DNA of 63,707 nt, the filler included, from Octopus bimaculoides (taxonomy: Eukaryota): the NCBI RefSeq assembly GCF_001194135.2. It is 9 parts of 7 records of this genome, joined end to end, with 100 filler letters (N's around TTAATTAATTAA, not from the genome) between each part and the next. Parts side by side here need not be neighbours in the genome. Positions count along the whole stretch, not along the records: positions 1 to 8,304 come from NC_068982.1; positions 8,405 to 23,783 come from NC_068984.1; 7 more parts are not named here. One strand, given 5' to 3'. Positions 1 to 14,030 of the stretch are shown here, piece by piece. The position numbers were made by a program, and so were the translations under genes. Under the pieces are notes generated by a model, which made no database searches, had not been told where the DNA came from, and was given only the letters and a program-made list of their open reading frames with translations. Positions within the stretch are counted from its first letter, which is position 1. The number at the start of each line of letters is the position of its first letter.

Positions 1-1150
1 AGCCGAGTTCCGGTGGATCAGGTATTTGGAGGCCATAGGTTTTGTATAGTGTGAATGGAGGATTCGGGTTTTATTATTCTTAGTTTATAGCCAGAGTTCA
101 GTATCTAATACAGGTAATCTATGGTTAGGGTGTTTAGTAGGGTAGTCTATCGTAACTTTAATACTCTGGTGGATGGAGTTAGCTATTTGCTGGATGCTCT
201 CCATAGTCTTAGTTTCTATTTCTATTTCAAGAGTACTCTCTTTTGGGGGTGTCTTTACCACTAAGTTGATATCATCGACATATCGAGAGTACATATTCAC
301 GAGTATGGAGTTCTGTGTCAGGCGTTCCTTAAGCCTTCTGTCCCACCATACCATGAAGAGATTGGCCACATCACCGGCGATACTAACACCGATGACTGTC
401 CCCTCGTCCTGGGCGTATAATTTGTTGTTAAATATAAATGTGTGGCCTTTTAGGGTAACCTTTATACTAGCTCCTAGTGCATGTGCGATCATTTTCTTTG
501 CCTGATGGATATTAGTGGGGGTCCGTATGGCTCTGGTCCATCCACTCCATCTCTCTATAGGGGTCTTCCTAGCCATAGAGGTAATTGTGGGTGGTCTACC
601 TCTTAAACGTCTACTAGGGCAGAAATCTCTAAGGTCGTATCTATCTAGATATACATCGTCATATGTCAATCTAAGTAGGAGGCCCAGTTCTTCTGTGTTG
701 ACCTTGTGGAACTCTACTTCGCTCTCGTTGATCATCTTCACGCACTTTTCCACTGAAAAATCCACGTCAATAGATGGGTATAGTGATACCACATCCATGC
801 TACCCACTATACACCCTGTCAGGTTGCAAGTGTTGTTACAGTCGTTGATCCTGCTGAGGAGATCTTCCGTGCTGTCACAGACATCAGGTGACATCCGGAT
901 TATGGGGCGTATGATCATTGAGAGGAAGTAGGAAATCCTGTAGTTGCTAGCGACATTCGCTCCTTGTTGGTGGTCCCAATACAGGATTGGTAGTTACCTT
1001 GTGGTCCTTACGGAGCCCATACAGCGTCGGGATATCATTGTTCCAGGCTTGGAAGTTGTTGGCTGTGCGCTTCTGGGGTCCAAGAACAATTGTCCACATC
1101 ATCATGTGGGCATTGAGGACCTCAATGCCCACATGATGATGTGGACAATG
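1..1150 (-). mobile_element. Penelope-like retroelement (PLE) fragment, RT region; continues off the window start
   Basis: ORF 85-918 has RT motifs SMDVVSLYPSI, GVSIAGDVANLFM and YSRYVDDI. Upstream piece 947-1132 (YGLRKDHK...GPPTR) and downstream frameshifted piece 1-85 (HSHYTKPMASKYLIHRNSA) are typical PLE pre-RT and thumb sequence. Confidence 0.9.
85..918 (-). pseudogene. PLE reverse transcriptase core (277-aa open stretch, frameshifted at both ends)
   Basis: RT motifs A, B' and C (YVDD) are in frame, with a long insert containing RGRPPTIT between motifs A and B'. Confidence 0.85.
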
Positions 1151-1320
1151 TTAGTTTGTTTATGTTCCCTTCACTTAGTGGTTCGACCTAAGACACAGAT
1201 AGAATAAGTCTAAGTATAAGAAATGAGTACTAAAGCCGAGTCGTTCGACTAAACTCTTCAAGGTGGTGCCCAGCATGGCCACAGCGCAATGACTGTAACA
1301 AGTAAAGTATAAAAAGATAT
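1150..1320 (+). mobile_element. 3' part of SINE family B, abutting the PLE 5' end
   Basis: gatagaataag...ggtggtgcccagcatggcc...aatgactgtaacaagtaaag matches the tails of the family-B copies elsewhere in the window. Confidence 0.75.
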
Positions 1321-1762
1321 ATATTTGTACGTATATATATTTATATATATGCGTAAGTAGGCGTGGGTGTGTATGGAATTCAAATTTAGTAAATTAGAAA
1401 ATACATCAGACTAACAAGATAGAAAAAATCATGTTAAATGTGTAATCACCAAAGTTGTCTTTGAGAATTATAAAGAAAAGGAATCCAAGTAACTAAAAAT
1501 TGGAGACAGTTTTTGACATCTATAGTAGTCACTACTTGCTATCAACATACTAAATATAGAGAGAACCCAATGCCTCCCTCATGACAAATTTCTCGAATTC
1601 AATGCTGAAGGATAATTTTACAATATTGTATAAATTGTTCTGAAGAAAGACCATTTAGAATATATATTGATAAAAAAATTCCTCCTAATCAAACGCCGAA
1701 AGCCAATATCTCCAAGGATGTATGTAATCAACGTTAGATTAAATTCACTGGGATATAAATGC

Positions 1763-1763
<1 letters not shown>

Positions 1764-1847
<84 letters not shown>

Positions 1848-1851
1848 CACA
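1764..1851. repeat. (CA)n microsatellite
   Basis: Direct reading of the sequence. Confidence 0.99.
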
Positions 1852-2339
1852 TTAATTGTTACTCTGAAACACCATAAGAAGACAGTGCTATGTCTGAGAA
1901 TCAACCGCAAGGAATATGCGAAGCTTTCACTTATAATATGGATATTAAGTGTTAAAAATATGCTAATTATATATTAAGAAACTCTTAAAGGAAAATTTTA
2001 AATATGGAAGGAGTTTCAGAATTACAAGTTCTAGATAGAAAATTAGTAATCCCCAGGCAAGGAATTTGCTGTAATGACTAAACTGATTTCGTATATTAGA
2101 TTTATGTATAGCTCAGTCATCTGGAAAAAGTGCCCATGGCCGTTGCTGGTTTCTTGAGATTCGTGAGATCAATATGAATTATGTTCAGCTTGAACGTCTG
2201 TAAGTCACCGTCTAGAGGAAAAAAAAACCGTTTCAGACGGAGCAATATTTTAGGAAATCTTGCTTCGCCTGCACTTATATTTTTTTTTACATATGATATC
2301 GTTCATAAGAACGATATCATATGTAAGATATGATATCAT

Positions 2340-2720
2340 AGGAAGAATTGAACAAAGTGGTGCTTCCGAAGCATGGCTTTGTGAGAGGCTTTGGTGAGTC
2401 ATTGCCTGTTAGACAATGGCTTTCTTTTAGACAGATATAGGATGATTGCAAGGATGGTTGTTGCATTACTCAGATGTAATTGGAATATTTCATTGTGAGC
2501 TTTACTTGCTCTTTGTAAAGAGCCAGCAAATGATCAGAGTTGAAGTTTGAAAATAATTTCTAAGCTTCGGGATGCAATTGTATGCAGCGAATCTGAGGAT
2601 TAGAAATTTATTCTAACAGGATTGAAAACAGTAGACACACACTGGATAATATAATCTTAGATGACGGAGAAACAAAAGCAGAATGGTTTTGGTCCTAGGA
2701 CTGCTCAATCGGGATTGACA
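2340..2720 (+). mobile_element. Possible heavily decayed mariner-type transposase remnant
   Basis: Only scattered similarity (tggataatataatc...gagaaacaaaagcagaatgg resembles mariner TWI..Y.PETK.QS.EW). No ORF. Confidence 0.25.
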
Positions 2721-4745
2721 TGGACTAAAAGCTCAATGATTTTTTCTCACCCCGAAACACTGAAGAATCAATCTTAAAATAAATAACAATAAGACTAGAA
2801 AGAAATACAACTTCAACATAAACAATTACATTATTTATAAGGCCGAGAATGTATACAAATTCAACACAACACTTAAATATTTTATCATTAACAGATAAGA
2901 CACTCATTAAAGATACAATAAGAATCTCATTCTAATGCGGAAATATTTTCTCTATAATTGATTCCATAGAGAAATTCTTGGATTAACAAAAAGAAAAAAA
3001 AGTAAAACAAAATAAACAGTAGATGATATAAGGGCACTGTCTTAACTAATCAAAACTGTGCTGAGAGTAAAGCAATAATGTTTTTGTTTCACATTTTGGC
3101 ACAAGGTCAGAATCTTTAAGGAAGAGAGATAATCAGTGACATTGACCCCCGTGTTCAGCTGGTACTTATTTTATCGAACTCGAAAGGCAAAGTTGGAGCG
3201 TAAACTGCCGAAAGAAATGCTGTCAGGCCTTTTGTCAGTGGTGCCTACGTAATAATTAGAAGGTATTTCACGTTGAAGATGGATCAGAACGATATGTTAA
3301 GAAAAAATCACCGGAGGCCGTTTAAAAGTTATAATCAGTTACAATCAGTTAATTTAGAGGAGTTTAGAAAAAAAATCCATATATTCTATTTTAATATCGA
3401 TTCCATTTTCATTTAAAGTTATCGTTTTTATTTTTGCCTGCATTTTGACAGTTTTTTTTAACTCCTCAACAAATCACTAGTCTTACAGTCTTTATACTTA
3501 TCGACAGCTTTTCCTTTAGTATAAAGAATATATGCTCACCCTAAGTACCTTATACACTACGTAACATTATAAATATATTCATATTACATGTTATAATTGG
3601 GTCAACTCGGCGCGTTTATCCGATCATAAATTCTTGTAGAAAGTTTGATATATAGTCCAGGCAGATAGTTAAGTGACCCATGCCATTTAGCAAGGTAAGG
3701 AGTTTGACGAAGGAGCTGAATTAGGAAGCTGAATAAGGTCTAGTACACACTAAATTAAATCAATTGTCGTGAAGAGAAATTTTAGGGCAATTCGTCAGAA
3801 GGTGGTAACAGATAAGCTTTGTAAATACCCCAATACAGTGAACCTGTCAAAGTATAGAATTTCGTAAAAACCTGTTGAGTTACTTACTACCAATAGAACA
3901 GCCAAATTTTGAGAAATATCTTTAGAATACAAATCCAGAAAAAGACGAGGATATTATAGAGAAACTAACAGCTTGAATGGATATACTGATTTTAAACTTT
4001 ATGGCCGTTAGCAGTTGGGAAGTGACCAACAGAATATTATAATATTGAATTCTGTCATTCCGCCGACCTTAAACAAGCGCTGACGGCTCTACAAAAAATG
4101 GCACTAAGTTTGTAATAGGTACAGTTGTAAGTAGAATGTAACCGACTAAATGCTGGAATGTTGATAGCTTCATTTATTTCATCGACAAAACCAATCATTG
4201 ACGACTCTACTAACTGAAATGCTTGTAAACTACACTCAACATTGGTAGGCCTAAGAGAGAGGAACTTACGTCTCTGTGATGTTGTTACGCTCCGATAACA
4301 GCATACCTTGGTTTGGAATATTGCACAACTGTTAGTATGCTACTCGAAAGTAGCCTTTTTTGGAAAAGGAGACAAAAATATCTCTGTAAACTTGAATAGA
4401 TTAGGATACTAAGCTCGATGGCAAGAATAATAATTCTATAACTTACAGGCCAAATTTCAAATGGGCTGTCTTTTCGATTAACGGTCCTTTAATTAATGTT
4501 TTCTCATCTATTTATATATTTTAATCCACTCCTATTTAATTAATCTTTATTTATATTTTTACCAAATTCATTTCTCGACAAGTGATTTTTTAAGTGTCAT
4601 TCCTCACCATTTACTCGTCCCATACAATCGCAGTCCATTCTATTCCATGCTACTTTATTTCTCTATTGATACCCTTCTGCCTTACTCTTTCTCCTTTCCC
4701 TTTTCCTTCCTTTGTTCACACACACATACACACTCACACACATAA

Positions 4746-4990
4746 GGCGGCGAGTTGGCAGAAACGTTAGCACGCCGGGCGAAATGCTTAGTGGTATTTC
4801 GTCTGCCGCTACGTTCTGAGTTCAAATTCCACCGAGGTCGACTTTGCCTTTCATCCTTTCGGGGTCGATTAAATAAGTACCAGTTACGCATTGGGGTCGA
4901 TATAATTGACTTAATCCGTTTGTCTGTCCTTGTCTGTCCTTGTTTGTTCCCCCTCTGTGTGTAGCCCCTTGTAGGTAATAAAGAAATAAC
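4746..4990 (+). mobile_element. tRNA-derived SINE, family A
   Basis: A box TGGCAGAAACGTTAG, B box GAGTTCAAATTCC (4818-4830), body GACTTTGCCTTTCATCCTTTCGGGGTCGATTAAATAAGTACCAG, A-rich tail. Near-identical copies at 7967 and 56300. Confidence 0.9.
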
Positions 4991-7079
4991 ACACATACAC
5001 AAACACACGCACGCACACGCACACACATGACTACCAGCAAAAAGTTACCATCATGACATACCTGAGATCCCGTGAGCTTTTGCTTATATTTTACATTGAC
5101 GGCCCATTGTTAAATTTGATTGATAGTGGTAGCTGCCATATCTTATTGGGTCGAAGTTTCACAGTAAAGTTTTACACTTAATATCTTCTCTGAAAGCCAA
5201 ATATTTAGGGAGGTTGGACTAAAAACTACACGCTACTGTAATTCTTGTATACGGTGTTGCCGTTGTTGTCGTGAAAAATAGCTTCTTATTTATTTACTTA
5301 GGCGAGACGGCTAGAGCTGTAGTCTTGAATACAACTCATTGTTGATTATAGGTTTAGAAAAGTCAACTCTTTGACTGGTTACAGGGTTCTAGAGTCGATC
5401 CGTTGTTTGGTTTTCCGGTAGTAAACTAGAATACCTGCGATTTTCAGAAATGTGTACTATATCTTAATAAATACAGAAGACCGAGTGTTGTAGAGAGTTG
5501 TATTTATTGATCTATGGAATCACTTTCAATATATTACAGGTGCTTATTATATTTATTTAGGAAGAATAAAATCGATCTCTGAGTAATTTGAACTCATAGC
5601 GCGATAGCCTAAACTAGTTAGTTACATTGAAGAATTCACTCCATTGTGTTACTGCCTCCGTTATTTCTATCAACATAAGTTGAACTTAGCACAGAAAATA
5701 ATTTTATATTGCTCACACAATCTCCCCCAATCTCTTACAGACATAATTCACGTTCTCACTTTCTTATATGTTTTGCTTTTACCATTCAATTTTTCTCTTT
5801 CATAGACATAAATCGAATTTTAGTAAAATATCGTATAATACGGTTGCAGTTATAAAAAGAACTATTAGTGAAGATGAAACAGAGCAACCATACATCTTAC
5901 GTGAGAATCTCCTCTAATAACAGTTCTGTTAAATAGAAAGTTTACCAAACTATGACCATTCAGTCTTAGTATCCACGTAATTACATTCCAAAACGTAGGT
6001 ATACCAAAATCAAAGTAATATTGGTCTTAGATAACTTCGATCAGTGTTACCATACCAACAAAGTAATGTTAATAGTCGTTAGAACTACTAGTAGATCGAT
6101 AGTAAAGAATAAGACATTTAGCTTTATGGTTTGAATGCATTTGGCGAATTTATAATGAACCCCTCTTAACATATCCTAGCATCAGATTGCTTAGATTTAT
6201 GAAAGGAGGAAATTAAGGCGAAAATAAAAGGCGATATTAGGGAAAATATAAATATGAAGAGAAAGAATTTTTGTGTGAGATTAATGATTTTGTACACTGA
6301 CTCAGTGTATGTAGGCGGAGGTATAGACGATGGAATCGACTCTCTGTATATTATTGGTACTTATGAGCTCAACCTGAGGAAATGAAATGGAAAAATAAAC
6401 CCGGACAGGATTTTGAAATCAGAACGTAAAGGAATGTAAATAAAATACTACATATTATTTTAACTGATGCAATGAATGCTGAAAGTTAATTTATCCGGTC
6501 TTAGTGATACTTCAATCTGCCAGTGTTAAAAAGGTCAGGAATTTTAGCGTATGTATGTGGAAACGTTCGAATGTTTCGGTACCAGTACCTGACTGGTGCT
6601 TATTTTATCGATCCTGGAAGGATGAAGGAAAAGTCGCTGTCGGTAGGATTTGAATTCAGAACGTAAAGGGCCGTAGCTAAGTACTGCAGAGCATTTTTAC
6701 TGCAGAGCATTTTTACTGCAGAGCGATTCTCTAAAAAATTCTGCTAATTGACCGTTTCGCTTATAAGGTCAATAAAAAACAACAAAAAAAGTTAAGTGAA
6801 TAAGGAGAAGGCAAAGAGAATCAGAATGATAATATCAAATTAACTTCTTTTAATTTTAAGTCTCTTCAAAAAAGTCTCTATTAGAAGCAATATTATTATG
6901 TGTAAAATCCTCATTTATCTCAATTGTTCGATCTTACATAATCAAGCTAATCTATCAATGAAAAGCCAGCTCACTTTCCACAGACTATTCACGACGGGTT
7001 ATCGAGAGGGTGGATATAACGCAAAATTAAGATTAGTGAGAAGAAATAGCGATATCAGTGAAGGAACGTGTTCTTGTGG

Positions 7080-7210
7080 TTAGGGGCGTTGCACTTACGA
7101 TCGCAAGGTTGTAGTTTCGATTCCTGGACCGGGCAGTGCATTGTGCTCGTGAGTAAAACTCTTCATTTTACGTTGCTCTGCGATCACTTCGACATCTGAT
7201 GTGTGGTATA
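7080..7210 (+). mobile_element. tRNA-like SINE head, degenerate
   Basis: GGTTAGGGGCGTTG...GTTTCGATTCCTGG box-like motifs with no complete cloverleaf. Confidence 0.5.
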
Positions 7211-7966
7211 AACAAACGACTACGATAAAGAGATCATATGTGCAGGTTGTTCAGCAAGGGATTGCGGAAGAATCATCTGTCGTTTACTACAGGAAGCTCT
7301 TCCAGTGTGATATCATACCTCTTACCTATTGTACTATCTTATGTTTAGATAAACATTCCATATAGTTAAAGATTCCATATATCTCTCTCTTCTATTACAC
7401 ATTCTCCAAATATATTTGTTCACAATAAATTGTACTGTTCGAAACTTTTGGTACGTATTTGAACGGCGAAAATCGTACTAAATACTCTAGGTCAATGAAA
7501 TTTTCGATTACGAAATATACATAATGATTATAATAAAAAAAGTATAATAGTCAATTAATCGCTAGATAGAGACTTTAGTATGAAATTAGAATGGGGTATA
7601 AATGCCAAGAGAGTTTACAGAAAGCCTAACTGGTATTTACGTTCCTGGAAGGATTAAAGTAAAGTCTCAATCGGCAAATTAAACTCAAAACTGTGAAGGC
7701 AAAAAACCTGAGATACTTAAATGGCTAGATATGAAGCAGGCAATTAATTTCACCGTAATTTCTCATCGTGAATCTCAAACATTCTCCATGTAGTGTGGAG
7801 TACCTGTTTTTGGAACATGGCATCATACCATAATAGTCTTAGAATGCAAGAAATATAAATGTTGGGTGGTTTTTCCACATAGACCACTGAAGTTTTTCAA
7901 ATATAGTGCTATAATGAAGTGGTATATTTTGCATAATTTTATTGTTTAATATAGATATATAAATTT

Positions 7967-8196
7967 GAGCGGTGAGCTGGCAGGATCGTTAGTACGGGCG
8001 AAATGCTTAGCGGTATTTCGTCTGCCGTTACGTTCTGAGTTGAAATTCCGCTGAGGTCGACTTCGCCTTTTATCCTTTCGGGGTCGATTAAATAAGTACC
8101 AGTTACGCGCTGTGGTCGATGTAACCGACCTAATTCCTTTGTCTGTCCTTGTGTGTCCCCTCTATGTTTAACCCCCTGTGGGCAATAAAGAAATAA
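7967..8196 (+). mobile_element. tRNA-derived SINE, family A
   Basis: Aligns end to end with 4746-4990. Confidence 0.9.
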
Positions 8197-8414
8197 ATAT
8201 AACTATATAATCTCTTTATACAAACAGGTAAGTCACGTGTCACTTCTTTTGATTCGTTGGCTTCAAACAATCTTTGTCGTGCTTTAGAAATGTAGAGCGT
8301 GGAANNNNNNNNNNNNNNNNNNNNNNNNNNNNNNNNNNNNNNNNNNNNTTAATTAATTAANNNNNNNNNNNNNNNNNNNNNNNNNNNNNNNNNNNNNNNN
8401 NNNNATATATATAC

Positions 8415-8463
<49 letters not shown>

Positions 8464-8464
8464 C

Positions 8465-8507
<43 letters not shown>

Positions 8508-8559
8508 TATACATATATATATACATATATATAGATATATATATTTTTGTTAAGGGTAA

Positions 8560-9225
8560 GTTACTTGGTGTTGTTGATTTGTTCATCTACTTTGGAAGCT
8601 CTGTTCAAAATGATGGAAATCTTGATACAGAAATACAGCTGCGAATTCAAAGGGCAACAAAAGCATTTGGTGGCTTGGAGTCACGCGTTTGGTGCCAGTA
8701 TCATAGAAATAAGAATACAAAGTTGACTCTTTACAAATCATTTGTCTTACCATCCCTGTTGTATTCTTGTGAATCAGGGACTTGTTATGAAAGGCATTTT
8801 AAATTATTAGAACAATTCCACCAAAAATACCTTCATTGCATTTTAGACATTATATGGAGTTCTTTTACTCCAAACACAGATGTTCTTGCATCTGCAGGCA
8901 TCAACTTAATTAAAGCTATGATTTTGAGATTGTTGAAATAGCAGATGAACGCATGCCGAAACAGCTGTTTTATGGTGAGCCTGCAGAGGGGAAACGCTAT
9001 CAGCGTAAACCTAAAAAAGGTTTATGGGCAGCTTAAGGACTACTATGAAATCACTTGGAATGGATCCAGAAGACATACAAGCCCTTGCTTCGGATCAAGA
9101 TGGATGGTGAACAAAAGTGTAGAGTGGAGTGAAAACGTTTGAAGGGGCCAGGATAACACACATAAGACTCAAAAGTGATCTAAGGAAGAATGTTACAATC
9201 AAGAATGACAATGATCTTTTGTGAG
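8560..9225 (+). mobile_element. RTE-clade LINE remnant, C-terminal part of ORF (5'-truncated, decayed)
   Basis: FIYFGS...[18 protein letters not shown]...[20 protein letters not shown]...[13 protein letters not shown], then RMPKQLFYGE...KP in a shifted frame. This is the typical RTE post-RT region. Confidence 0.85.
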
Positions 9226-9464
9226 CCCAAAATATGTATATATATACATATATATATATAAATAGATGTGTGTATTTTTCCCTTGTTTGCAATNNNNNNN
9301 NNNNNNNNNNNNNNNNNNNNNNNNNNNNNNNNNNNNNNNNNNNNNNNNNNNNNNNNNNNNNNNNNNNNNNNNNNNNNNNNNNNNNNNNNNNNNNNNNNNN
9401 NNNNNNNNNNNNNNNNNNNNNNNNNNNNNNNNNNNNNNNNNNNNNNNNNNNNNNNNNNNNNNNN

Positions 9465-9509
<45 letters not shown>

Positions 9510-9524
9510 GTGTGTATAGGTACA

Positions 9525-9930
9525 GACATGACTGAGTGATTAAAGAAGCCCACTTTGTAACTATGTAGTTTCAGGGTCAGTCCCATTGCCCTTTGGGCAA
9601 ATATCTTTTATTATAGCCCTGGGTTGACAGATATCTTCTGAGTGAATTTGGTAAGTGAAAAATTTGTAGAAACCCATCACGTGTGTATAACAAATACACA
9701 CACACACACACACACACATACACACATGTATGTGTGATTGTGTTTGCACTTCCCATTGCTTGATGATTGTTGTTGGTTTGTTTATCTCTGTGTAACTTAG
9801 TGATTTGGCAAAAGTGGTTAATAAAATATCTACCAGGCTTAAAAAATTTGTAATGGGATCAATTTATTTGACTAAACCCTTCAAGACATTGCTTACAGAT
9901 GGTCACAGTTCAATGACTGAAACAAGTAAA
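9525..9930 (+). mobile_element. Older SINE family B copy, directly upstream of a second copy
   Basis: Degenerate head, internal (CA)n, and tail aatgactgaaacaagtaaaa. Confidence 0.7.
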
Positions 9931-9943
9931 ATATGTCTATATA

Positions 9944-10117
9944 GGCACAGGTGTGGCTGTGTGGTAAGAAGGTTGCTTTCAAGTTCAATCCCACCATGTG
10001 GCACCTTAGGCAAGCGTCTTCTAATATATCTTCTGGCTGACAAAAGCCTGGCGAATGGATTTGGTAGACAGAAAATGAAAGAAGCCTGTTTGCTCCTTAT
10101 ATTTCCATATATATGTG

Positions 10118-10148
<31 letters not shown>

Positions 10149-10380
10149 ATACCTATGTGTGTGTCTGTGTTTAACCCCCACACACACACACACCACTTGA
10201 CAACCGGTGCTGGTGTGTTTATGTCCCTATAACAGCATTTTCACAAAAGAGACAGATAGAATAAGTACTAGGCTTAAGAAATAAGTCCTGGGGTTGATTT
10301 GTTTGATTAAACGACCCCTTCAAAGCAGTGCTTCAGCATGGCCACAGTCTAATGACTGAAACAAGTAAAAGAATGAAAGA
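9944..10380 (+). mobile_element. SINE family B (tRNA head, CORE-like GCACCTTGGGCAAG segment, internal (TA)/(TG)n)
   Basis: Head GTGGCTGTGTGGTAAGAAG...GTTCAATCCC, central microsatellite, tail GACTGAAACAAGTAAAAGAAT. About 10 copies in the window. Confidence 0.85.
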
Positions 10381-13300
10381 ATATATATGCAGAGAGAGAG
10401 AGAGATATTATTATCTATTCCCATATACTGATATGGGTTAAATAGGTCTCACAGCTTCTAACATTCTGGCATGCACAGCAATAAGAAAAGTAAACCACAT
10501 TTGTTGCTGTATATGTTATGTTGATTTTGGCTAGATGCCCTTCCTATGACCAATTATCTATCTATCTATCTATCTAGTTATCTATGTGTGTGTGTGTGTG
10601 TGTGTGTAAAAAAGTGCTAATTCATTTGCAGTACTCCTATGATATTATACATATATAAAGGAAGCTACATACAATATGTTTACTATGCATATATTTAATT
10701 TCACTTTGAACATGTAGTCTTCTCTTTGATCTTCTCTCTCAACCAAGAAGCTGCTGTGGTTTATCAACAGGTGGTGTTTTCTCTAGAAATATTTACTCAT
10801 TAGACTAGGACATCAGCAACTCAAAGGAACTCTGCTTTTTACTTGCAGAGTATAAAAGTTTATTCTTTATATTCATACAAAACGCTGCTTGTTTCAATTT
10901 CCATAAAACCTCTTTTTCTTTTCCTTTAATCTCTTCAGAGTCTTTATGATAGTTGAGATAAATTATATTTTTAAGACTAAACGGAATAAATGTTTTAATT
11001 AAATTGATTTTGGGCTGCAGTACTCAACTGTCTCTGGATTTATTATTACCTAAAATTTTGGAGGCAAGCTGGCAGAAGTGTTTGCACATGAGACAAAATG
11101 CTTAGCAGCATTTCTTCCAACTCATTATGCTCTGAGTTGAAATTCTACCAAGTTTGATTTTACCTTTCATCTTTTCAGAATCAATGAAATAAGTACTAGT
11201 TGAGCACTGGAATCAATGTAATCAAATTGCCCCTTCCCTCTAAAGTGCTGGCTTTGTGCCAAATTTAGAAAGGATAATCATTATCAATTTGAATATAATC
11301 ACATGAATTCACTTCCTTTTAGATTAATTGATTTAAAATGATGCTGTCAATAAATTTCAAAATTAATTGACTTAAAAAGATGTTAGTCTGGTACTGTTGA
11401 TGTTTTCAGAATTATTTCATCCAAGCAATTCAAAAGATGGTACTAGTTGAACTTTATGTAATCTTTATTTGATAGACTCTCCTGGAAGAAGATACAAAAT
11501 CTTAAAATTTATCTAATTTAATATTTTATTTATTATTTTCATTTCTAATTTTCACACTAAGGTGGTGTTTGTTTTCGTTGGTTGAGATTTTGCCTTTGAC
11601 AATTCTGTTTTCTTTTCAAAAATTATCAAAAAGAAAGTTGCAAATTTTACATTAGTTCACATCTTTAAAAAGATGTGCACCACTTTGCATTGGTGCACAA
11701 CTTTGAAAATATGTGCACCTATGCAAAGTTTCAGTCCTCTAGTTATAAAACTGGACTGCAAACTAAAACCTTTGTACATACATTGACTTTTATATATTAA
11801 TGTATATTTATATATTAGCTGTAAAGCTATGTAAGTGGCTTTAATGCTAATAAAATAGTTTGGTAAATGCCTTGCATGAAATTTTCTTCTCTCAAGTCAC
11901 TTATGTAGCATTACAGTTAATGAATATGTATGCTCCATTTTGTCTGTTGAATTCTATTTCCCTTGTTTGTCTCACCAAACTAGTGTGTGTGTGTTTGTGT
12001 GTGTGTGCATGTGTGTGCATGCACAAGGTACTTTCTGTAAGATGCTTGATGAATGGAGACAAAGTAGGACAGTGAGGACTTCAATCTTGCTGAAGACATG
12101 CTGAGGCTATGATAAAATATATCTCATGTCCACTATTAATTAGCTGGCAATGGAATGGGTATACAACCATAGAAACACACAACAAAAATGGAGCATACAC
12201 ATGAAATGTTCTTGACAGAAATCGGAGAGTAGTAACCCAACATAACTGATATGGTTTGTGATGACTCGTGTCCATTCCATGTAGCACTAAACAAGAAGCT
12301 AACATAAAATGATGGTGATAAAGATGGTTCACATTACTAAATAATACTTTGAATGAAACTTATGTGATATACAGTTTAGCTATTACATTGCTTGGAGTTT
12401 CTTCCTATCGCGAAGGAGCCCAGCAATTTCCTTAAATAGATCAGTTTTTCTCCACTTAGGGAGTCTAGCTTGTGTTTGCACCAGGAAGCTATTTGCTTGC
12501 TTTCTCCATGTTATGACACAATGAAATTCCTCACCGCCACTATCAGCTCTTACAGCATCTAACGTTGACAACAACATCATAGTTCATCCTCACTAAGTGA
12601 ATATGACTTAGCGTTCCTACAGAAACCTTCATTTACCTTATACAATGTTTAATGTTGTTTCACATTCATGTTGAATTATGCAACAATCTTATGTTCTCTT
12701 CATAGAACACTTGCAATGTATGTATTACCAGTTCTTTTGGTATAGTAGATTTTTACTATTCTTGTTTATGTTTCCTCACAGACGTGTATATTCTAACAAG
12801 TTGCCTCTTAAATTTTGCACCTCTCTTGTTCAATAAACACTGAGTGAAATTTGCAAAGCTATTTATTTTCTCCTTTCGATTTTTAATGTTTATTTTGGTG
12901 GCTTACCAAGCTACCAGTTTGGTCTCCCAGCTAAAACGGTAATGACAAATTTTGCTTGACATTTTATAAGTGCGAAAGGGATTAAAATTTCAATATTCTG
13001 TATCAAAGGTTCCAACAAGAATAAGGAGTATAATAAGAGCTTGAGACACGAAAACACTTTCAACCCATCAGAATCCTGTTTACATAATCAGTTTGATCAG
13101 TCACCTTCCTCTGTCGGTTGAGTAAAGTGTCAACCAAGCTGATATTTATTGGTAATTAAACTTATTTTGCAACATTTGTGCGTATTTATCAACTTTGTTT
13201 TTGTTGATAGGAATTATCAACAACTTTTTCTATGATTGTGATTTGACATACAGAAGTATGCTAAAGATCGAACCGAATCTCTTGTGGGCAAGAAATGTAA

Positions 13301-13839
13301 AACAAAGTTTATTATAAACAACACAAACACTTCATAATTTAATAACTTTCAATGTGATAATTGTTTAACAGAAATTATTCTTATTTAGTGAAAATTTAAT
13401 AAAATCTGATCAAAAATAAGTGAAACTATGCTAAATACAGCTGAATTGAAAACCTTTTCCCCTTGGCCATATCAGCAATTCTGGAAACGTTTGGGTGCAA
13501 ATTTTACATGAGTAGAAGCTTTTTTTAACAATTGTTATCCTGAAAATCACCTGCATAAATTACACAGGTGCGCAAATTACATAGGTTTTTACAGTATGTA
13601 TGTATATGTGTGGTGAGTCCTAAAATTGGTATAGACTGTTATGTCATTTGACAGATATTCTACAGCTGGATGCCCCTCTAGCAACCTTCACCTGTTTTCA
13701 AGTAAGATGATATTCTCCCATGGCTTGATATGTTTTTACTGAGAACTGGAAACAATCAACAATGCTTATATGATGCTGATGCTCATTTTCAACTATTGTG
13801 TGAAATCAAAACAAAGAGACACAAACACATGCACTCATA

Positions 13840-14030
13840 TCATCATCATCATCATATCGTGATAACCACTATCATCATCATTATAATTTAAAATCCTTTT
13901 TCCGTGCTGGCATGGGTCGAACAGTTTGAGAGGAGTTGGTAAACCAGAGGACTGCACCAAGCTCCACTGCCTACTTTGGCATGGTTTTTTTTTAGGTTGT
14001 ATACTCTTCCTAACACTAACCACTTTACTG
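13840..14030 (-). mobile_element. 3' end of RTE-type LINE or its derivative, with (GAT)n tail
   Basis: Plus strand reads (CAT)n...ttttccgtgctggcatgggtc, the same terminus as at 14315, 23452 and 47455. Confidence 0.65.

Noticed and set aside
4746-4835. tRNA genes at SINE heads
   Set aside because: They have A and B boxes only, no full cloverleaf, and run into SINE bodies.
8349-8360. TTAATTAATTAA islands flanked by Ns (also ~23828, 34093, 45315, 50856, 54122, 56210, 58641)
   Set aside because: An identical 12-mer always embedded in N runs is a scaffolding or gap-filler artefact, not biology.
12081-13595. Short ORFs and a TACTGTAAAAACC-type end suggesting a pogo-like transposon
   Set aside because: No matching second inverted end or DDD motifs could be found by eye, so the evidence is too weak.
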